This document shows, piece after piece, positions 1-7,627 of a stretch of DNA of 43,869 bases. Numbering within the stretch: position 1 is the stretch's first letter; each line of letters begins with the position of its first letter. The stretch is from a virus: UHGV virus genome UHGV-0210493. One strand, given 5' to 3'. The notes beneath the pieces were generated by a model. It saw only the letters and a program-made list of their open reading frames with translations, was not told the DNA's origin and searched no databases. The position numbers and the translations under genes were made by a program.

Positions 1-15
1 ATAGATTTTCTTCAT
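1..15 (-). CDS. 5' end (MKKIY...) of a small membrane-protein ORF that runs off the window start; continues in-frame at 43702..43869 if the sequence is circular
   Basis: RC shows RBS AAGGAGGAG (plus 22-30), then ATG (plus 13-15), open to position 1. Confidence 0.4.
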
Positions 16-130
16 GCTGACTCCTCCTTGAAATACCGATCAATCAAAGCTAGTGCTTCTTCTTTTGTTGAGACGGTATGCTGCATTTTCGATCCACTAT
101 CTTCCTCAACTGATATAGTGACTGACTTAA

Positions 131-562
131 TCATTTCCCCAACTCCCCTACTTTTTGATCCGTATACTGCCGTAATTCGCTCACACGCTGTTCTAACTGT
201 TCCTTGTCGTTTTGCACTGTTGATAGTTGTTGGCGCAAGCTATCGGCTTCCTGTTGCTTTGTAGCGATCTCCTGTTGCTTTTGTTCGATTTCTCGTTGCT
301 TGGCTTCAATTTCCTTCTGCTTGTCCGATTTGATTTGTTCAATTTCAGCTTTCAACTGTTCTTGTGTGCGAGTGTTGTTGGATAGCTGCGATTCGAGTTC
401 TGACACACGTTGCGATTTGGTTTGTCCGTATTGTAGGACTGTGTTGAAGTTTGCCTTGATCGTGTCCAAATCTTGAAATGCGTTGCTTGCTGCGTAGCCG
501 ATAACGCCGCTACCTAGTGCTAGTCCGATGATTGCTGTTGTTTTTGCTAGTTTGTTTTTCAA
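131..562 (-). CDS. membrane-anchored coiled-coil protein (hypothetical)
   Basis: N-terminal hydrophobic segment followed by a long Q/E/K-rich heptad region; ORF track. Confidence 0.55.
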   Translation of the reverse strand: MKNKLAKTTAIIGLALGSGVIGYAASNAFQDLDTIKANFNTVLQYGQTKSQRVSELESQLSNNTRTQEQLKAEIEQIKSDKQKEIEAKQREIEQKQQEIATKQQEADSLRQQLSTVQNDKEQLEQRVSELRQYTDQKVGELGK

Positions 563-580
563 TGTGATTTCTCCTTTGGT

Positions 581-691
581 TTAATTTTTTTCATAATGAA
601 TCCCAACGTTTTCAATAACTAATTTCCCTGCTTCTGATTCAAATACAATTTTCTTCTTTCCGTTTTCCTCAAAGTATTTAACTGTTGCCAT
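581..691 (-). CDS. small hypothetical protein (36 aa)
   Basis: ATG preceded by GGAGGAAATAAT RBS; not in ORF track (<60 aa). Confidence 0.3.
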   Translation of the reverse strand: MATVKYFEENGKKKIVFESEAGKLVIENVGIHYEKN

Positions 692-715
692 ATTATTTCC
701 TCCTTCCGCGTGGGG

Positions 716-892
716 TTATTTGTCTAAATACAATTCCGACAAACCAAGCAAGTCGGCGATAAAATAAAGATGTTCTTTCGTCAAATTTTGAATGTCATGA
801 ACAGTTGCTGGTTTGCCATCAACTTTTATTCCCTTTGCTTCTGCGATTTCGATAGCAGCTTTCAAAGCGTCTTTTACGTTTTCGTGTTCCAT
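716..892 (-). CDS. small hypothetical protein (58 aa; start moved to internal Met)
   Basis: GAAGGAGGAG RBS precedes MEHENVK...; the upstream part of the track ORF lacks an RBS. Confidence 0.5.
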   Translation of the reverse strand: MEHENVKDALKAAIEIAEAKGIKVDGKPATVHDIQNLTKEHLYFIADLLGLSELYLDK

Positions 893-1053
893 TATTTCTC
901 CTCCTTCATCATCTTCAAAACCGATTGAACAGCTTTTTTCTGAACTTCCAAAGGAATCTTTTCCCCTTCTTTCATGTGAGTGCCATCTTGCCATACACAA
1001 TGAACTTTGAAACCATTAGGATAGATTGTGGTTGTCATTTTGGTTCCTCCTTT

Positions 1054-1803
1054 TTATCTAGCTAATTCATCTGCAAAACTTTCGATGAAAGCTTTGCCTT
1101 TAGCTGTCCATTTTTGCTTGTCTGAAGTTTTACCTTTACCCCTATATCCTTTATTTTGGTACTTAGCATATAAATGCCATTTGAACCCCTTACTCATTCG
1201 CTGCGGATAGACAATACCTAACTCGTGAAGCTTCTTACAGAAAAGATAGACGCCAGGACCGCCGCTATAACCAAACTGACTTGCGATTTCTTCTGTTGTG
1301 TAAAGCACATCTGTTTTGATTTGTTCCAAAACGCCTTGTTCAAAATCTTGTTGATTCAGCTGTGCTTTCAACTTCTCGTTTTCTTCCACAGTGTCAGCTA
1401 ATTGCCGTAATGCACTTGCGTAGTTTTGAGGTAATGAAAGTTTCGGCTGTTTCAACTCTTGTTCCATTTGATTGAATTGAGCGATATATTGAAGTTTGAA
1501 TTTCGTTGCCTTTTCGCCTTGATACCCCATGACTAACAATGTCCAGCCGTCCTTGTTCATGTAGATCATTGGGTATCTGCGTTTGTTGCCTTCGGCTTGG
1601 TAAGAATCTTCCAAAAACATTGATGTATCAACAGAGCGCAAATCTGCGCTTTCTAAATCCTTCTTAATTTCAACCTTTTTTATATCGCTTCTGAGATTTC
1701 TAATATCACGCATGACTTCTTTGTGGTTTTTCTCAAATGTCTCAGCAACTTGCAAACTCGTTGTAACTGGTTGAGCGTTTTTGATTTGTACTAAATTTTT
1801 CAT
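1054..1803 (-). CDS. Rha-family phage regulatory protein / antirepressor
   Basis: N-terminus MKNLVQIKNAQPVTTSLQVAETFEKNHKEVMRDIRNL matches the Rha (ORF6N) signature; C-terminal KilA-C/ORF6C-like half. Confidence 0.7.
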   Translation of the reverse strand: MKNLVQIKNAQPVTTSLQVAETFEKNHKEVMRDIRNLRSDIKKVEIKKDLESADLRSVDTSMFLEDSYQAEGNKRRYPMIYMNKDGWTLLVMGYQGEKATKFKLQYIAQFNQMEQELKQPKLSLPQNYASALRQLADTVEENEKLKAQLNQQDFEQGVLEQIKTDVLYTTEEIASQFGYSGGPGVYLFCKKLHELGIVYPQRMSKGFKWHLYAKYQNKGYRGKGKTSDKQKWTAKGKAFIESFADELAR

Positions 1804-1850
1804 TTTTTACATTCCTTTCTTTGGTATAATTTCCCTGCTTATAAAAGTTA

Positions 1851-1871
1851 TATATGATTTAAAATCATATA
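1851..1871. promoter_or_regulatory. operator O1: 21-bp perfect palindrome TATATGATTT-A-AAATCATATA upstream of the antirepressor gene
   Basis: Palindrome read directly; same ATGATTTAAAATCAT core as 2137..2151 and 2238..2252. Confidence 0.6.
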
Positions 1872-1884
1872 TAGAATAAAAAAA

Positions 1885-2097
1885 TTAAGCTTCTTGCTTT
1901 TCTTTTCGTTCAATACCTAAAATATCATCGCTAGAAACCCCAAAAAACATAGCTAGCTTAACAATGTTTTCTGCATTCATAGATAAAGGATTGTTTTCCC
2001 AGTTGCTAATTGACGTTTGAGTTGTACCGATTTTTTCTGCCAACTCTCTTTGCGACATTTTGCCTTTTCTTGCTCTTAATTCTGCGATTCCCACCAT
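1885..2097 (-). CDS. Cro-like XRE-family HTH regulator
   Basis: 70 aa; SQRELAEKIGTTQTSISNWENN HTH motif; divergent from the cI-like gene. Confidence 0.75.
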   Translation of the reverse strand: MVGIAELRARKGKMSQRELAEKIGTTQTSISNWENNPLSMNAENIVKLAMFFGVSSDDILGIERKEKQEA

Positions 2098-2128
2098 AAT
2101 TGTTTCCTCCTTTCTTTATGTTGATTAC

Positions 2129-2157
2129 ACTATAACATGATTTAAAATCATATTCAA
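2129..2157 (-). promoter_or_regulatory. leftward promoter for cro-like gene (-35 TTGAAT, 17 bp, -10 TATAGT on minus strand), overlapping operator O2
   Basis: Hexamers and spacing read from the reverse complement. Confidence 0.5.
2137..2151. promoter_or_regulatory. operator O2: ATGATTT-A-AAATCAT
   Basis: 15-bp palindrome between the cro-like and cI-like genes. Confidence 0.6.
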
Positions 2158-2236
2158 GTAAAATATATGATTTATTGTCATATTTTTTTTATTACTATAT
2201 ATATGCCTTATTTAAAAAAATATTTTTCGTTTTAAC

Positions 2237-2264
2237 TTGATTTAAAATCATATTATGATATAAT
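2237..2264 (+). promoter_or_regulatory. rightward promoter for cI-like gene (-35 TTGATT, 16 bp, -10 TATAAT), overlapping operator O3 (2238..2252, TTGATTTAAAATCAT)
   Basis: Near-consensus sigma-A hexamers about 30 bp upstream of RBS AAAGGAGG and the ATG at 2293. Confidence 0.55.
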
Positions 2265-2292
2265 ATTCTTATCAAGAAAGGAGGTAATTTTA

Positions 2293-3006
2293 ATGGAAAG
2301 CATAGGTCAAAGAATTAGAAATTTGCGAGAAATGAAAAATATGACACAAACAGAATTATCTCAATCTTTAGGAATGAAAACTTACACAACTGTTTCAAAG
2401 TGGGAAAGTGATGATAATTTCCCCAAAGGAAGAGACTTAAAGAAATTATCTGAATTATTCGGGGTTAGCTCTGATTATCTTTTAGGTCTTAATACAAATA
2501 AAAATGTTACTTCAATTGAAACAATCTACAATCAATTAGAAAAACCAAGACAAACAAAAGTCTACAACTTTGCTGAACAGCAACTTGAAGAACAAAACAG
2601 TAAAGTGGTTCAATTCCCTGTTCAAAATAACCATGAAGAGGTGCAAGCTTACCTATCAGCTGGTACTGGTATTTTAAACTATTATGAAGCTGATAAAGAT
2701 ATAGCGGAAGTTCCTGCAGATGCACCAGAACATGATTGGATATTTAAAATTGTCGGCGATTCTATGAAGCCGTTGTTTGATACTGGTGATATCGTGTATG
2801 TGGATGAGTTCAAACAAGGCATAGATACTATACAAAACGGTAGAATTTATGTAGTTGAGGTTGACGGAGAAGCTTATATAAAGAAAGTCTATGTATACGA
2901 AGAAACAAAAACGCTTAGATTGGTTTCCCTTAACAAAGATTATATGGATTTGCTATTTAGATTTGAGGATTCGGATATTAAGTTTATTGGTCGTGTCATA
3001 ATTTGA
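2293..3006 (+). CDS. cI/LexA-like prophage repressor (N-terminal HTH_XRE, C-terminal S24 peptidase)
   Basis: N-terminal QTELSQSLGMKTYTTVSKWE HTH; C-terminal GDSM...K S24 serine/lysine dyad motifs. Confidence 0.85.
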   Translation: MESIGQRIRNLREMKNMTQTELSQSLGMKTYTTVSKWESDDNFPKGRDLKKLSELFGVSSDYLLGLNTNKNVTSIETIYNQLEKPRQTKVYNFAEQQLEEQNSKVVQFPVQNNHEEVQAYLSAGTGILNYYEADKDIAEVPADAPEHDWIFKIVGDSMKPLFDTGDIVYVDEFKQGIDTIQNGRIYVVEVDGEAYIKKVYVYEETKTLRLVSLNKDYMDLLFRFEDSDIKFIGRVII

Positions 3007-3064
3007 TCATTGCCAATATTGTTATTCGCCATTTGATCACTATTTAAAAAAAGGAGATGTAAAA

Positions 3065-3622
3065 ATGAAAAAGTACTTAATTATAATATCTGTTTTGTCG
3101 GTATGTTTAATCGCTGTTGCTTGTGGTTTTGCTTATACTTCCTTTACCATCACAGAACAAAGAGAGAACAATCACGTCTTGAGCAAGAGCTTAACAACCG
3201 CTAAATCTGAAATCAATGAAATGAAAAATGAGGTTGACGAAAAGAAAAAAAGCATTTCAGAACTCGAATCACAAATAAAAAAACTCGAAAAGGAAATTAA
3301 AGAAAATGATAGTAACGAAGTAGCATACAATGAAGAAACTGATGATTCGTTGCAAGTTGCCACTCAAAATGAAACACCTGATAATAATTTTTCATCTGAT
3401 AGCGTAGCGTCGGATTCAGCCAATAACACGGAAAAAACGGCCTCTTCAGCCGAAGAGCAAGTGGTTGTTGATACGCCGAAAAATGTGGAATATACTGGAG
3501 AGCCGTTTGCGGAATTTGCTGCAAAATACGGAATGACTGTCGAAGAATTAGCTCAAATGAATAACTTTTCCGATCCTAGTCAAATGATATTGATGAAGGG
3601 ACAAACCGTAACTGTCAAATAA
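3065..3622 (+). CDS. lipoprotein with coiled-coil and C-terminal LysM-like domain
   Basis: Signal peptide with lipobox LIAVAC-G; E/K-rich coiled coil; C-terminal YTGEPFAEFAAKYGMTVEELAQMN...GQTV LysM-like. Confidence 0.7.
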   Translation: MKKYLIIISVLSVCLIAVACGFAYTSFTITEQRENNHVLSKSLTTAKSEINEMKNEVDEKKKSISELESQIKKLEKEIKENDSNEVAYNEETDDSLQVATQNETPDNNFSSDSVASDSANNTEKTASSAEEQVVVDTPKNVEYTGEPFAEFAAKYGMTVEELAQMNNFSDPSQMILMKGQTVTVK

Positions 3623-3655
3623 ATAATTAATTTTTAATTATTAGGAGTTGATACA

Positions 3656-5056
3656 ATGAAAAAAGCGGGCTTATATATTCGAGTTTCCACTCCTCAACAA
3701 GAAAAAGAAGGCTACTCAATCGAAGCGCAAACGGAAAAACTCAACGCTTACGCAATAGCAAAAGATTATAAAGTGTTCAAGACCTATACAGATGCAGCCT
3801 TTTCTGGCGCTAAACTTGAACGGCCGGCGCTTAATGAAATGATCGAAGATATCGAAAACAATAAAATAGATGTCGTCATCGTTTACAAGCTTGACCGACT
3901 TTCTCGTAGCCAAAAGAACACTATGTATTTGATCGAAGATGTGTTTCTCAAAAATAATGTTGATTTCATCAGCATGCAAGAAAGTTTTGATACTACCACC
4001 TCTTTCGGTCGTGCAATGATCGGAATTCTTTCAGTTTTCGCCCAATTGGAGCGTGATAACATTACAGAACGCATGTCAATGGGGAAACTTGAACGTGTGA
4101 AACGTGGCTATTACATGGGTGGCGGTAATGTTCCATTTGGATATGAGTACAATCAAATTACAGGCGAATTAGAAATACAAGAAACACAAGCATTAGCTGT
4201 TAAGCGAATGTTTGAACTTTTTTTAAACGGACAAGCGATAAATAAGATTGTTTCTACATTGAAAAAAGAATTCCCTGTTTTTGAAGATAGCTTCATGGAC
4301 TCTACCGTCAGAAGAAGGCTTCAATCTCATTATTATTGCGGGAAACAGAAATATCAAAACAAAATATACGATGCTAAACACGAACCTATCGTTTCTACAA
4401 AAGACTTCAACAAAGCGCAGCGTTTAATTAGCAATAGACCTCACAGCAATGCGTTTAACCACAGTTATTTATTTTCGGGGCTCATTATATGCCACAAGTG
4501 CGGAAAGCCTTACAATGGATATGAGAGCGTTAGAACCGCCAACGGGAAAAAATATAAACATAAGTATTATCGTTGCTCGTGCAGGACTTACAAGCATAAG
4601 CAAAAATACGGTTGGGCTTGTTCAGGTAAATCTTATCGATGCGATTTTTTGGACGCAGCAATTATGAGTGAAATAAAAAAAAGAGCAGAAAATTCTAAGT
4701 TTGCATTAAAAGAAGATAATAACGAAGTAGATAATAAACCTATCATTAGAGAAATCGCCCGACTTAACGCTCAGCAATCAAAGCTATTAGATTTGTATCT
4801 ATCAGATAAAATATCCACAAATATCTTAGATAATAAAACCGATGAGCTTAAAGAGAAAATAGAAAAATTAGAATTACAGTTGAATCAGACGGTGAGTAAA
4901 AAAGATAAAGAAGAGTTTGAAAAATCATTAGAAGAGTTAGTTGATAAATTTGAAGAATTGGATTTTTCTACCAGACGGAGCTTGATAGAAAATATTATTG
5001 AGAAGATCGAGGTTGTTGACGATGAAATTACTATATACTTTTATGTGACCATTTAA
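3656..5056 (+). CDS. int: large serine recombinase (phage integrase)
   Basis: N-terminal resolvase catalytic domain (GLYIRVSTPQQ, active-site Ser), recombinase domain, Cys-rich zinc ribbon (CHKCG...CSC...C), C-terminal coiled coil. Confidence 0.9.
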   Translation: MKKAGLYIRVSTPQQEKEGYSIEAQTEKLNAYAIAKDYKVFKTYTDAAFSGAKLERPALNEMIEDIENNKIDVVIVYKLDRLSRSQKNTMYLIEDVFLKNNVDFISMQESFDTTTSFGRAMIGILSVFAQLERDNITERMSMGKLERVKRGYYMGGGNVPFGYEYNQITGELEIQETQALAVKRMFELFLNGQAINKIVSTLKKEFPVFEDSFMDSTVRRRLQSHYYCGKQKYQNKIYDAKHEPIVSTKDFNKAQRLISNRPHSNAFNHSYLFSGLIICHKCGKPYNGYESVRTANGKKYKHKYYRCSCRTYKHKQKYGWACSGKSYRCDFLDAAIMSEIKKRAENSKFALKEDNNEVDNKPIIREIARLNAQQSKLLDLYLSDKISTNILDNKTDELKEKIEKLELQLNQTVSKKDKEEFEKSLEELVDKFEELDFSTRRSLIENIIEKIEVVDDEITIYFYVTI

Positions 5057-5090
5057 GCAATCACTTGCATGTTTGGTTATTTGGACACGT

Positions 5091-5130
5091 AAAAAAGCCC
5101 CCTACTCAAAAGAGTAAGGGGTGTTTGTTT
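5091..5130 (+). terminator. rho-independent terminator downstream of int
   Basis: GCCCCCTACTC / GAGTAAGGGG hairpin followed by TGTTTGTTT. Confidence 0.5.
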
Positions 5131-5154
5131 ACCACGGAAGCTTGTTGTTGTTCA
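5129..5154. repeat. 26-bp direct repeat copy 1 (TTACCACGGAAGCTTGTTGTTGTTCA), duplicate of the endolysin 3' end
   Basis: Exact match to 5561..5586. Confidence 0.85.
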
Positions 5155-5252
5155 TGATATGACATATTTCATTATAATAGGTTAGCACACACCTGAATCT
5201 GTCTGATATACTATATATACCAAAAGAATAGAACTTGTGAACATTAACTCGG

Positions 5253-5489
5253 TTATGTCTCGAAGTTCTGTAGTTTTAAATATTCAATTGCTTCACCATC
5301 TAATTGGAAAAAATGAATATACTCACCATCCGATATATCTACTAGTGGTTTTCCGCTTAATAGGTGGTTTAATAATTCTTTTGTGATATTAGGTTCTGAG
5401 CAGAATACCGAACTCATGAAATTAGTTTGAGGTATATCGAATATTTCTTCTGCATTTTCGATTGGAATTATATAGGAAGGAGCTGTCAT
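5253..5489 (-). CDS. small acidic hypothetical protein (78 aa, about 13 D/E vs 3 K), moron between lysis cassette and int
   Basis: ORF track; flanked by the 26-bp direct repeats and followed by a hairpin terminator at 5530..5560. Confidence 0.5.
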   Translation of the reverse strand: MTAPSYIIPIENAEEIFDIPQTNFMSSVFCSEPNITKELLNHLLSGKPLVDISDGEYIHFFQLDGEAIEYLKLQNFET

Positions 5490-5560
5490 ATTATCACCTC
5501 ATTTAAACTTGTAAAAATAGATCGAAAAGACAAGCCGCTTAAAATTTAGCGGCTTTTTGC

Positions 5561-5586
5561 TTACCACGGAAGCTTGTTGTTGTTCA
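5561..5586. repeat. 26-bp direct repeat copy 2 (encodes the endolysin C-terminus ...NNNKLPW*)
   Basis: Exact match to 5129..5154. Confidence 0.85.
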
Positions 5587-6481
5587 ATGCTACTTGCAAT
5601 GATTTGACCATGTTAGAAACAGGGCTGATAACTCCATCAACCGTTGTCTTCAAGGCTCGTTGCATAGCTTTAATCATTTCTGTACCGCACAACCCATCGA
5701 TCGCACCTTTGTATAAACCTTTCGCTTTCAACCTTTTCTGCCATTTACGAATCAACGTTGATCCTTTTAGCGTATTATCGAATTGCGCCGCATAAAGGTT
5801 CTTGTTGCACGCCTGCCGGTATTGGTGACTGATTTCATCATCTGGCGTAATCCCCTCATATTTCATTGCTTTATTGGCAGTGCTTGGTCCAAACATGCCG
5901 TCTTCTTGGATTTTATTGGTATTTGGTTTTACAGAAGGTGTACTAGGTTTGACTGTTGAATTTGATGATCCAGAATTATTGTTTGATGTGCTGTCTCCGT
6001 TGTAATATTTTTTGATTTGATCCACGAAATATTGTTTGATAGCTGCTACACCTTTTCCATGCAAATCCCACGCTCTGTGAGGACACGATGTAGAACTCAA
6101 CTCACGATGTAACGGAAACACGGCTGAAGCGGGATTCAAACCGTATTTTTTACATAACTCGGCAGCTAACTTAAATGCTTTTTGCTCATTTGCAAGATAC
6201 GTGGATTCATTCCCCATGGATTGACATACTTCAATCCCCAAGTAATTAGCATTGCCTTTGCTGTTACCTGTATGCCAAGCCTTGTTGCTATCCTTCTCAG
6301 CTTGGTATGTTCCATCGCTAGCAACATAGTAATGAGCAAATCCTAAAGAAGGAGTATGGCTTTCTAGCCAGTTTTTATAAAATGCAGCAGTCGCACCTTG
6401 GCTTCCGGCATCATTATGCAAAACGATTGCTGTCGGGTTTGATCCACGAGCACCCGCAATTCCTGAATAACTTACTACCAT
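5561..6481 (-). CDS. endolysin: N-acetylmuramoyl-L-alanine amidase (Amidase_2/PGRP) with C-terminal peptidoglycan-binding domain
   Basis: Amidase_2-like catalytic region (HNDAGS..., CPHRAW); C-terminal PG_binding_1-like repeat (GLYKGAIDGLCGTEMIKA). Confidence 0.85.
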   Translation of the reverse strand: MVVSYSGIAGARGSNPTAIVLHNDAGSQGATAAFYKNWLESHTPSLGFAHYYVASDGTYQAEKDSNKAWHTGNSKGNANYLGIEVCQSMGNESTYLANEQKAFKLAAELCKKYGLNPASAVFPLHRELSSTSCPHRAWDLHGKGVAAIKQYFVDQIKKYYNGDSTSNNNSGSSNSTVKPSTPSVKPNTNKIQEDGMFGPSTANKAMKYEGITPDDEISHQYRQACNKNLYAAQFDNTLKGSTLIRKWQKRLKAKGLYKGAIDGLCGTEMIKAMQRALKTTVDGVISPVSNMVKSLQVALNNNKLPW

Positions 6482-6790
6482 TTACTCCACCTCCACTAAT
6501 TTGTGATTTGGCAATGACAACATTTGACCTTCTAGTTCAATCTTGGTAAAGATTTTATTCGATCTTAAAACTTTGTATTTTCCTGTTAAGTAAAAGAAAT
6601 CACCAACTTGAAATCCGTCAAATTCTTTAGGTAGTCCATCCGAGGTAACCTCTTTAAAACCATTTTCTTCGTATCGATCGACCGTTTCTGTTTCCCCTTT
6701 TTCGAAGGGATCTAACTGGACATATTCTTCTCCAACTTCTTTGACTTGTAACTTTCCGAGTACAGTTACATATGAGCCTTCTTTAAACAT
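6482..6790 (-). CDS. hypothetical beta-rich protein between holin and endolysin
   Basis: ORF track; stop abuts the amidase start. Confidence 0.5.
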   Translation of the reverse strand: MFKEGSYVTVLGKLQVKEVGEEYVQLDPFEKGETETVDRYEENGFKEVTSDGLPKEFDGFQVGDFFYLTGKYKVLRSNKIFTKIELEGQMLSLPNHKLVEVE

Positions 6791-6831
6791 TATTCTTCCT
6801 CCTTCAGATATAGAAAAGGAGCAGCCAATGG

Positions 6832-7068
6832 CTACTCCTTCTTTTCTGTGAACTCTTGACCATCGCCATAATCAGTTGAATTGTAATTATTGCTAGATAC
6901 ACCAAGTACTACACCAGCAAATGCGGTGACCAATGAGATCAGCCCCACAATTTTCGTTGCGTCAAAACCATATAAAGTTGCGATTCCAGCAATCAAGACT
7001 GCTAATGCTGGCGACCATTGTGTAATCACCGTTTTTGCAAAATCATATTGTTTATTAGTTAATTTCAT
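6832..7068 (-). CDS. holin
   Basis: 78 aa; two hydrophobic TM segments; charged C-terminal tail; immediately upstream of the endolysin cassette. Confidence 0.7.
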   Translation of the reverse strand: MKLTNKQYDFAKTVITQWSPALAVLIAGIATLYGFDATKIVGLISLVTAFAGVVLGVSSNNYNSTDYGDGQEFTEKKE

Positions 7069-7079
7069 GATATTTCCTC

Positions 7080-7574
7080 CTAATGTTCATCAATTTCTTT
7101 TTGCTGCAAAATACCTTCATCACGTACACTTAAATTAGATACCTTGGCACGCAATGTATCACCTGTTCCATTTCCACCTAGATTCTTATAGGCTTCAAAT
7201 AGATAATCAAAGTTGTTCAACTCCCCAACAGTGATATACCCACGCTTGATGTATTCATCAGCTTTGTTCCATATTTGATTATGGAGTGAAGCCTTCTCAG
7301 CCTTGACGATTTTCTGGCTTCTAATTTCAGCCATTGCCTGATATTCCTCTACATTTTTTAGGCGTTTGTCTTGGTCGGTATTCGCCGTTTCTAAGGCTGT
7401 GATTGTTTGCTCCCTAAGCTCATTCTCTGCCCTTTTAGCTTTAACTAGCTTAGTGACCCATGTACCGACCCGCCAAAGAGTAGCCAACAGTCCACTGCCA
7501 AATGCCGCTGCCCAAAAGCTGTTAATTTCCAAAAACTCTTTCATTCTAATTTCCCCCAACTGAACATATGCCAC
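7080..7574 (-). CDS. membrane-anchored coiled-coil protein (alternative start at 7544 with GGGGGA RBS)
   Basis: N-terminal TM (FWAAAFGSGLLATLW) then coiled coil; position suggests lysis-associated or accessory role. Confidence 0.5.
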   Translation of the reverse strand: MAYVQLGEIRMKEFLEINSFWAAAFGSGLLATLWRVGTWVTKLVKAKRAENELREQTITALETANTDQDKRLKNVEEYQAMAEIRSQKIVKAEKASLHNQIWNKADEYIKRGYITVGELNNFDYLFEAYKNLGGNGTGDTLRAKVSNLSVRDEGILQQKEIDEH

Positions 7575-7627
7575 CTGCTTTCATATAAATAAAAAACAAT
7601 CAACTATGAAGTTGATTGTTTTAGGTA

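Noticed and set aside
131-562. Coiled-coil protein as a second tape-measure or structural protein
   Set aside because: Located in the early region downstream of cro/antirepressor, far from the tail module. A short TM plus coiled coil is more consistent with a membrane-anchored early protein of unknown function.
2507-2725. 72-aa minus-strand ORF inside the cI-like gene
   Set aside because: Fully embedded antisense in a gene with clear HTH and S24 domains; no RBS
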